The notes below the pieces were generated by a model. It was not told the DNA's origin and ran no database searches. It saw only the letters and a program-made list of their open reading frames with translations. Below, in pieces: positions 43,662-50,432 of a DNA stretch of 50,432 nucleotides; the stretch's first letter is position 1, and every line of letters starts with the position of its first letter. Made by a program: the position numbers and the translations under genes. The stretch covers positions 1-50,432 of the forward strand of contig JBQCEN010000080.1 of NCBI GenBank assembly GCA_051960215.1, read 5' to 3'. Origin of the DNA: Pararhizobium sp. (GTDB lineage: Bacteria; Pseudomonadota; Alphaproteobacteria; Rhizobiales; Rhizobiaceae).

Positions 43662-44510
43662 CTATCCCTTCGTCGCGCCCAGCGTCAGCCCGGCGATGAA
43701 GTGTTTCTGCATCAGGAAGAACATCAGGACCGGCGGCAGCGCCGCGACGATCGCGCCGGCCGAGACAAGCTGCCAGGAGGACACCCACTGGCCGTTGAGC
43801 GTGTAGAGCCCCGCCGTCACCGGCTGCGTGCTCGCCCCCTGCGTCAGCACCAGCGCCCAGAAATAGTCGTTCCAGACGAAGGTGAAGATCAGCACCGAGA
43901 GCGCCGCGATCGCCGGCCGCATCAGCGGCAGCACGATGTACCAGAAGATGCGGAACTCCGAGACGCCCTCCACCCGCGCCGATTCGATCAGCTCGAAGGG
44001 CAGCGCCTTGATGAAGTTGCGCATGAACAGCGTGCAGAAGCCGGTCTGGAAGGCGACATGGAAGAGCACGAGGCCGGTGGCCGTGTCGTAGAGCCCGAGC
44101 TTCAGCGTCAGGTCACGCACCGGCACCATCAGGATCTGGAACGGCACGAAGTTGCCGGCGACGAAGATGAAGAAGAGGACGAGGTTGCCGCGGAACCTGT
44201 AGGTCGAAAGCGCAAAGCCGGTGAGGCAGGAGAGCGCCACCGCGCCGATCACCGTCGGCACGGTGATGCGGAACGAATTCCAGAGGTAGCGGCCCATCGG
44301 CGACTGGGTGAAGACGTCGACGTAGTTGCCGAGCGCCACGTGGCTCGGCAGGCCGAAATAGTTGCCCGAGGCGAGGTCGCTCGCAGGCCGGATCGACGTG
44401 ACGGCGATGCCGATCAGCGGCAGCAGCCAGACGACGAGGGCGATCGGCAGGGCGATCTGGTAGCCGACGCGGGTTCCGGCGGAGGCTTTCTCGATCGGTT
44501 TGGGGAACAT
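43662..44510 (-). CDS. Carbohydrate ABC transporter permease
   Basis: EAA loop ELIESARVEG, WNDYFW. Confidence 0.93.
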   Translation of the reverse strand: MFPKPIEKASAGTRVGYQIALPIALVVWLLPLIGIAVTSIRPASDLASGNYFGLPSHVALGNYVDVFTQSPMGRYLWNSFRITVPTVIGAVALSCLTGFALSTYRFRGNLVLFFIFVAGNFVPFQILMVPVRDLTLKLGLYDTATGLVLFHVAFQTGFCTLFMRNFIKALPFELIESARVEGVSEFRIFWYIVLPLMRPAIAALSVLIFTFVWNDYFWALVLTQGASTQPVTAGLYTLNGQWVSSWQLVSAGAIVAALPPVLMFFLMQKHFIAGLTLGATKG

Positions 44511-44514
44511 GGCG

Positions 44515-44874
44515 TCACTCCATTGCCGCGGCGGCGAGGCTCTTGCGGATCGCGGCCGGCAGCTTCGCCCGCACGAGGTCGTAGGAAAGCAGAAGCCGCT
44601 GCCTCAGTTCCTCTGCCTCCGTCTCCTCCGGGAGCCGCACCCAGCTCTTGTGCAGATACCGTACGTCATGGGCGACGCCGGCGTCCTTGAGCATCTCGGC
44701 CGTCTCGATGTCCGGGCACTTGACCGAGACGCCTTCCTGGACGGCGCCGATCAGGGCGAACATCCTGCCGCCGACCTTCCACGCGTCGTGACCGCCGCCC
44801 CAGGGATCGGAGACGTCCGCACCGGGCAGGGCGCTGCAGATTTGCGCGACGCGGCGGCGGAATTGCTCGCTCAT
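44515..44874 (-). CDS. MmcQ/YjbR family protein
   Basis: ICSALPGA...WKVGGRMFA...SVKC...YLHKSWV...SYDLVRAKLP. Confidence 0.85.
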   Translation of the reverse strand: MSEQFRRRVAQICSALPGADVSDPWGGGHDAWKVGGRMFALIGAVQEGVSVKCPDIETAEMLKDAGVAHDVRYLHKSWVRLPEETEAEELRQRLLLSYDLVRAKLPAAIRKSLAAAAME

Positions 44875-44875
44875 C

Positions 44876-45805
44876 TCAGCCCTCGCGCTCGGTCTTGATC
44901 ATCCGCCAGATGAAGCCGGTGATGAAGACCATCATGATGAGGAAGAGGATGACGGCGATCGCCGCGCCATAGCCCATGCGGAAGCCGTATTCGGAAAGCG
45001 CCTCCTCGAACATGTAGTAGGAGAGCACCCGGCTCGACCCGTAAGGGCCGCCGTTGGTCATGATCGAGACGAGGTCGAAGGACCGGAGCGCGCCGATGAC
45101 CGTGACAACGACGGCGATGAAGGTCGCCGGGCGGAGCTGCGGCAGGATCACGTACCAGAGCATCCGCCAGCCCCGGGCGCCGTCGAGGCGGCCGGCCTCC
45201 ACCTGGTCGGGCGAGACGTTGTTGAGGCCGGTCAGGTAGAGGATCATGCAATAGGCGATCTGCGGCCAGAGGCCGGCGGCGATGATGCCGTAGGTGACGA
45301 AGCGCGCATCGGCGAGCACCGCGATCTTGCCGAGGCCGAGAGCCGCGGTGATCTGCGGGAAGAGGCCGATGTTCGGCGCGTAGAACCAGGAGAAGATCAG
45401 GCCGACGACGACCTGGCTGATGACGAAGGGGAAGAAGAACAGCGACTTGTAGAGCCGGATGCCGAAGACGTTCTGGTTGAGGAACACCGCAATCAGCAGG
45501 CCGATCGGCACCGCCAGCATGTAGAGCACGAGCCAGATGATGTTGTTCTTGAGCGACGTGTAGAAGGCCGGATCGCCGAAGAGCTCGACATAGTTTCCGA
45601 GGCCGAGCCAGACCTTCTCGCTGAGCCCGTCCCACTGGTAGAAGCTGATCCAGATCGACTGGAAGATCGGGATCACGACGTAGACGGCGAACATGATGAC
45701 GCCCGGCGCCATGAAGACGATCGGCGCCAGCCGGCGCTGGTTGCGGCGCCAGTAGGAAGGCGCCGCATGGCTTCTGACTTCGGTGGTTGGGATCGCGGTC
45801 GTCAT
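44876..45805 (-). CDS. Carbohydrate ABC transporter permease
   Basis: EAGRLDGA, ILPQLRP, MTNGGP, MGYGAAIA. Confidence 0.93.
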   Translation of the reverse strand: MTTAIPTTEVRSHAAPSYWRRNQRRLAPIVFMAPGVIMFAVYVVIPIFQSIWISFYQWDGLSEKVWLGLGNYVELFGDPAFYTSLKNNIIWLVLYMLAVPIGLLIAVFLNQNVFGIRLYKSLFFFPFVISQVVVGLIFSWFYAPNIGLFPQITAALGLGKIAVLADARFVTYGIIAAGLWPQIAYCMILYLTGLNNVSPDQVEAGRLDGARGWRMLWYVILPQLRPATFIAVVVTVIGALRSFDLVSIMTNGGPYGSSRVLSYYMFEEALSEYGFRMGYGAAIAVILFLIMMVFITGFIWRMIKTEREG

Positions 45806-45838
45806 CGCGGGGTCTCCGGGCCGGGTGCGGCCGCCCTC

Positions 45839-47071
45839 TCAGTGGTAGGAGTGGGCGCGCGCCGCCTCAAGCTGCTTCAGGATCGCATCGAGGTCGTCGG
45901 GGGCTGCCATGAAGTGCTGGAAGCCCTGCATGCCCGCCTTCGCCATCGCCGCCGGCGCGTCGCGGTCGTAGAACTGCGAGAGTGCCGAGGCCGTGGAGAG
46001 CATCTGCGCGCCCTGCTTCAGGAGCGGATCGTCGGCGATCGTCGACTTGCTGTTCACGGGAAGCTGGCCGAGGATGTCGTTCATCTTCGCCTGCACCTCG
46101 GGCTTGGCGAGGAAGGCGAGGAATTTCTGCGCGTCGTCCTTGTTCTTCGCGTTCGCCGCCATCGCCACCATCTCGGTCGGGGCGTCCTCGGCGCGCGGCA
46201 GGTCCGGGGTGATCTCGGGGAAGGGGAGGAAGCCGATCTGGTCCTCGTTGAGGCCGCCGTTCTTCATCACGTCGACGGCGAAGTTGCCCATCAGGTACAT
46301 CGCTGCCTTGCCCTGGTCGAAGAGCGGCACGGCGTCCTGCCAGTCGAGAGCGGCCGAATCGACATTGAAATAGCCCGGCCTGACGAGCTCGCCCCATTTC
46401 TCGAAGATCGCCTTCACCTTGGGGTCGGTATAGGGGACCTTGCCGTTCGTCAGGTCCATGTGGAACTTGTAGCCGTTCAGGCGGAGGTCGATGTAGTCGA
46501 ACCAGCCGGCTGCCGGCCAGAGCGCCTTCGTGCCGATCGCAAACGGCGTTATGCCTGCCGCCTTCAGCGTCTTGCAGGCCGCGAGGAGCTCGTCCCAGGT
46601 CTTCGGCGGCTCGATTCCCTGCTTCTCGAAGATGTCCTTCCGGTAGTAGATCGCCCAGGGATAATAGCTGTAGGGGATCGCCCACTGCTTGCCGTCGTAG
46701 CTGACGGCGGATTTGGCCGACTTCAGCTGGCTGTCGAGGTCGTTCTCCTGCCACAGATCGGAGATGTCGCCGAAGAGGTGGGCCTTGACGAAAGGCAGCA
46801 TCCGGTTGCCGGAATACCAGGTGAGGATGTCAGGCGCGTCGGCCGTGAGGAAGTTGCGGATCGCGCTCTTGTAGCCCTCGTGATCGAAGACGTTCCACTT
46901 CACCTGGACGTCCGGGTTGGCCTTCTCGAAAGCCTTGATCAGGTAATCGAACGCGGCCTTGGGCGCGGGGTCCGACGTATCGCTGTTGACCGTCAGGGTC
47001 GCCGCCATGGCCGATGTCGAAAGCAACACGGCGGCAAGGCCGGTCACCAGGCTGGTCCTGAATGAACGCAT
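45839..47071 (-). CDS. Sugar ABC transporter substrate-binding protein, copy 2
   Basis: Signal peptide MRSFRTS...AMA. Close paralog of the upstream SBP. Confidence 0.92.
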   Translation of the reverse strand: MRSFRTSLVTGLAAVLLSTSAMAATLTVNSDTSDPAPKAAFDYLIKAFEKANPDVQVKWNVFDHEGYKSAIRNFLTADAPDILTWYSGNRMLPFVKAHLFGDISDLWQENDLDSQLKSAKSAVSYDGKQWAIPYSYYPWAIYYRKDIFEKQGIEPPKTWDELLAACKTLKAAGITPFAIGTKALWPAAGWFDYIDLRLNGYKFHMDLTNGKVPYTDPKVKAIFEKWGELVRPGYFNVDSAALDWQDAVPLFDQGKAAMYLMGNFAVDVMKNGGLNEDQIGFLPFPEITPDLPRAEDAPTEMVAMAANAKNKDDAQKFLAFLAKPEVQAKMNDILGQLPVNSKSTIADDPLLKQGAQMLSTASALSQFYDRDAPAAMAKAGMQGFQHFMAAPDDLDAILKQLEAARAHSYH

Positions 47072-47105
47072 CGTCTCTTCTCTTCCTCGCTGATGTCTGG
47101 CCGAG

Positions 47106-47133
47106 GGGCAGGGGCGGCTCACCGCCCCTGCCC
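47106..47133. terminator. Intercistronic GC hairpin (mRNA stabiliser or partial terminator)
   Basis: GGGCAGGGGCGG-CTCA-CCGCCCCTGCCC, a 12-bp stem between the two SBP genes. No U-tract. Confidence 0.55.
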
Positions 47134-47141
47134 GAAGCGGA

Positions 47142-48380
47142 TCACTTCGTGTGGTCGACCTGCTTCTGGACCTGGGCGAGGCGCGCGATGATCGCGTCTT
47201 CCTGGTCCGGCTGCGCAATGAACTGCTGGAAGCCTTCCATGCCGGCCTTCGCCATCGCGGCGGAGGAATCGCGGTCATAGAACTGCGCCAGCCCGTGCGC
47301 GTTCGACAGCAGCTTGAATCCCGCCTGCAGGAACTTGTCGTCCCCGACCTTCGACTGGTTGTTCACCGGAAGCTGGCCGAGCGTCTTGTTCATCATCGTC
47401 TGCGTCTCGGGCTTGGCGAGGAAGGCGAGGAATTTCTTCGCGTCTTCCTTGTTCTTGGCCTTCGCCGGGATGTGGATCGTATCGGTCGGCGCGTCCTCGG
47501 CGTCCGGGATGCTCGGATCGATCGTCGGGAACTTGATGAAGCCGATCTGGTCCTCCTTGAGGCCGGCGTTCTTCATCACGTCGACGGCGAAGTTGCCCAT
47601 CAGGTACATCGCCGCCTTGCCCTGCGCGAAGAGCGGCACGGCGTCCTGCCAGTCGAGGGCGGCGGAGTTGTCGACGAAGTAGCCGGGCTTCACAAGTTCG
47701 GCCCAATGGTCGAAGACCTTCTTCACCCGCGGATCGCTGTAGGAGATCTTGCCGGACGTCAGGTCCATGTGGAACTGGTAGCCGTTGGTCCTGAGGTCGA
47801 GATAGTCGAACCAGCCGGCGGCCGGCCACAGCGGCTTCGTGCCGATCGCAAAGGGCGTGATGCCGTCGGCCTTGAGCTTCTTGCAGGCGGCAAGCAGCTC
47901 GTCCCACGTCTTCGGCGGCTCGATCCCCTCCTTCTTGAAGATGTCGGCGCGGTAGTAGATGCCCCACTGGTAGTAGGTGTAGGGCACGCCCCACTGCTTG
48001 CCGTCGATGGTCATCGAGGGCAGGGCCGACTTCAGCTGCGTCTTGAGGTTGTTCTTCTCCCAGACGTCCGAGACGTCGGCGAAGAGGCCGGCATTGACGA
48101 AGGGCGCCATGCGATTGCCGGCATACCAGTTGGCGAGGTCGGGCGCGTCGGCCGTCAGGAAGTTGCGGATCGCGCTCTTGTAGCCTTCGTGGTCGAACTT
48201 GTTCCACTTCACCTTGATGTCCGGGTTCGCCTTCTGGAAGGCGTCGATCAGCCACTGGAACGCCTTCTGCGGCGCCGGATCGGAGGTGTCGGTGTTGATC
48301 GTGAGGGTGCCGGCCAGAGCCGACGTGGCCATGAACGCCGCGGCGGCAGCGAGCGTGAGCGTCTTCAGCGGAAATCGCAT
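47142..48380 (-). CDS. Sugar ABC transporter substrate-binding protein, copy 1
   Basis: Signal peptide MRFPLK...ALA. GGAGG RBS. Confidence 0.93.
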   Translation of the reverse strand: MRFPLKTLTLAAAAAFMATSALAGTLTINTDTSDPAPQKAFQWLIDAFQKANPDIKVKWNKFDHEGYKSAIRNFLTADAPDLANWYAGNRMAPFVNAGLFADVSDVWEKNNLKTQLKSALPSMTIDGKQWGVPYTYYQWGIYYRADIFKKEGIEPPKTWDELLAACKKLKADGITPFAIGTKPLWPAAGWFDYLDLRTNGYQFHMDLTSGKISYSDPRVKKVFDHWAELVKPGYFVDNSAALDWQDAVPLFAQGKAAMYLMGNFAVDVMKNAGLKEDQIGFIKFPTIDPSIPDAEDAPTDTIHIPAKAKNKEDAKKFLAFLAKPETQTMMNKTLGQLPVNNQSKVGDDKFLQAGFKLLSNAHGLAQFYDRDSSAAMAKAGMEGFQQFIAQPDQEDAIIARLAQVQKQVDHTK

Positions 48381-48524
48381 TTCGATTGTCCTCCCAGGTT
48401 TCGTGGAACCGGCAGGGCGGGCCGCGAGAAGACCGTCCCCCTTGAAAGGATCTGCGCCGGAGCCTCCCAACGTCACGACAGACCCTGCCAGCGTCGCATC
48501 GCGCCCGGAAGCGGCATCATACCA

Positions 48525-48589
48525 GTTCCGTTATTTGGAACGCAATTTGACTATTTAGAATTATTGCGCTATGGTGTAGGGGGTGTCAA
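48525..48589 (-). promoter_or_regulatory. Sigma70-like promoter with downstream palindromic operator
   Basis: Minus strand TTGACA-N18-AATAAT (48589-48560). Palindrome GTTCC-N7-GGAAC at 48525-48541, next to the divergent IclR gene. Confidence 0.6.
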
Positions 48590-48635
48590 GCGGCATTGCG
48601 CGCCGCAGGCGGGGTGCAGGAGACGGAGGACGGCG

Positions 48636-49475
48636 ATGGAACTCGGCAGTGGCCGGGGCGGGGGCGGCAGTACCGCTAATGCCGAGGAGGCTGCGGACAT
48701 GTCTGTCGGCGCCGGTACCGGCACTCTCGGCAAGGCGATGGCGGTCCTCGAGATCGTCGCAGCGAGCGACGAACCCATGCGCTTCACCGACATCCTGAAC
48801 CGGTCCGACCAGCCGCGCGGCACGTTGCACCGCCAGCTCTCCAACCTCGTCGAGGAGGGGCTGCTCGCGGTGAACCGCGACCATTCCTATGCGCTCGGCA
48901 TCCGGCTCCTGAAGTTCGCTTCGAAGGCCTGGGCGGGCAACGAGTTCCGCACGATCGCCGAGCCGCATCTGCGCCGCCTGCACGACATCACGGGCGAGAC
49001 CGTGCACCTCGGGGTCCTGCGCGGCCTCGACGTGATCTATCTCGACAAGGTCGAGAGCCGTCAGGCGGTGCGCATGTATTCGCAGATCGGAAACGCCTCC
49101 CCCGTCTATTGCACCGGCGTCGGCAAGGCGGCCTTGTCGAGCCTGCCGGACGCGGAACTGGCGCGCATCCTGCCGCGGATCGTCTTCCATCGCTTCACCG
49201 AGCACACGCTCGCCGACGCCGCGGCGCTCGCCGCCGAGATCGACGAGATCCGCCGCTCCGGTGTCGCCTACGACCGCGAGGAACACGAGATCGGCATCCG
49301 CTGCGTCGCCGCGCCGATCCATTCGGCCGACCGCAGCTTCGTCGCCGGCGTCTCGGTCACCGGCCCGGCCTACCGCGTCAGCCTGGAGGCCCTCGACGCC
49401 TGGAAGGCGAGCGTCAGGGAGGCGGCCGGCCGGATCATGGACGACATGGCGAGCCGCCTGGGTCCGCGGACATGA
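48636..49475 (+). CDS. IclR family transcriptional regulator
   Basis: HTH RGTLHRQLSNL, ETVHLG, CTGVGKA, EEHEIGIRCVAAPI. Alternative start at 48699. Confidence 0.92.
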   Translation: MELGSGRGGGGSTANAEEAADMSVGAGTGTLGKAMAVLEIVAASDEPMRFTDILNRSDQPRGTLHRQLSNLVEEGLLAVNRDHSYALGIRLLKFASKAWAGNEFRTIAEPHLRRLHDITGETVHLGVLRGLDVIYLDKVESRQAVRMYSQIGNASPVYCTGVGKAALSSLPDAELARILPRIVFHRFTEHTLADAAALAAEIDEIRRSGVAYDREEHEIGIRCVAAPIHSADRSFVAGVSVTGPAYRVSLEALDAWKASVREAAGRIMDDMASRLGPRT

Positions 49476-49562
49476 CGAAGGAACCGCGGCAGCCGGCAAT
49501 CGGCAGCCGGCTGACCAGCAAGACCGTGGCGGCGGGTGGCCGCCTGAAGAGGGAGAGAAGAC

Positions 49563-50432
49563 ATGGCGGGACTTGAGCTTTCGAACGTCCGGAAGTCCTT
49601 CGGCGCCGTCGACGTCATCCATGGCGTCGACCTCGACATCGACAATGGCGAGTTCGCCGTCTTCGTCGGCCCGTCCGGCTGCGGGAAGTCGACGCTTCTG
49701 AGGCTCGTCGCAGGGCTTGAAGAGGCCTCCGGCGGTGCGATCCGCATCGGCGGCAACGACGTCACTCATGTCGAGCCGGCCGATCGCGGCGTCGCGATGG
49801 TCTTCCAGTCCTACGCGCTCTATCCGCACATGACGGTCGCCGAGAACATGGGCTTCGGCCTCAAGATGACCGGCCACCCGAAGGACGATGTCAAGCGGCG
49901 TGTGGAGAAGGCGTCCGAGATCCTGCATCTGAGCGCGCTGCTCGAGCGCAAGCCGAAGGCACTCTCCGGCGGCCAGCGGCAGCGCGTGGCGATCGGCCGC
50001 GCGATCGTGCGCGAGCCGCAGGTCTTCCTCTTCGACGAGCCGCTGTCGAACCTCGACGCCGAATTGCGCGTCCAGATGCGGCTGGAGATCGCCCGGCTCC
50101 ACAAGGAGCTCGGCGCGACGATGATCTACGTGACGCACGACCAGGTGGAGGCGATGACGCTCGCCGACAAGATCGTCGTGCTGCGCTCCGGCCGCGTCGA
50201 GCAGGTCGGCTCGCCGCTGAAGCTCTACGACGATCCGGACAACATGTTCGTCGCCGGCTTCCTTGGTTCGCCGCGGATCAATTTCCTGAAGGCCGTCGTT
50301 GCGCCCTCGGATGGCGGGAAGCTCGTCGTGACGCTTCCGGAATTCGGCGGCATCGCGGTGCCGATGGAGATCACGGGCAACCATCCGGCGCCCGGCACCG
50401 AGCTCGCCCTCGGCATCCGGCCGGAACATCTC
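49563..50432 (+). CDS. Sugar ABC transporter ATP-binding protein (MalK-like), 3' truncated
   Basis: Manual translation: [42 protein letters not shown]. Confidence 0.95.
   Translation, partial: MAGLELSNVRKSFGAVDVIHGVDLDIDNGEFAVFVGPSGCGKSTLLRLVAGLEEASGGAIRIGGNDVTHVEPADRGVAMVFQSYALYPHMTVAENMGFGLKMTGHPKDDVKRRVEKASEILHLSALLERKPKALSGGQRQRVAIGRAIVREPQVFLFDEPLSNLDAELRVQMRLEIARLHKELGATMIYVTHDQVEAMTLADKIVVLRSGRVEQVGSPLKLYDDPDNMFVAGFLGSPRINFLKAVVAPSDGGKLVVTLPEFGGIAVPMEITGNHPAPGTELALGIRPEHL

Noticed and set aside
41796-44690. 964-aa + strand ORF, and similar shadows at 16621-18564, 30249-32198, 34162-36237, 47151-48635 and 48561-50429
   Set aside because: All are antisense to well-supported genes and show no recognisable domains.

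Overview
High-GC alphaproteobacterial chromosomal segment with Rhizobiaceae-like gene order. It is mostly core genes: two L,D-transpeptidases, tag, bluB with a cobalamin riboswitch, hisS-hisZ-hisG, fumC, a GST, groESL with CIRCE and an RpoH-type promoter, ribF-ileS, tadA, an rluB-like gene, rsmD, a Kef-type antiporter, pmbA, a cysQ-like gene, a lipid A cluster (DUF374-waaA-lpxK), mutL, a GGDEF/EAL protein, queF and an stcD/hpbA-like oxidoreductase. The window ends in a galactoside ABC transport / De Ley-Doudoroff cluster with GH36 and GH42 galactosidases, two tandem solute-binding proteins and IclR. I saw no integrase, transposase, phage gene, rRNA, tRNA or CRISPR array. The unusual signals are small and sit inside or beside essential genes. 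(1) hisS carries an in-frame AT-rich block of about 250 bp (47% GC by hand count versus 68% just upstream). (2) ileS carries two in-frame copies of one palindromic repeat family, one a 149-bp element with perfect 26-bp terminal inverted repeats. (3) The groEL 3' end is duplicated as a 29-bp direct repeat around a hairpin-containing spacer. (4) Two-gene micro-cassettes sit between housekeeping genes: a DUF4160/DUF2442 pair, and two small membrane ORFs between hisS and hisZ. (5) A 136-bp REP-like cruciform follows hisG. My best candidate for an undescribed system is in-frame variable cassettes in aminoacyl-tRNA synthetase surface domains; this is inference and needs comparative genomics. All product calls come from motif and family recognition by eye; no searches were run.
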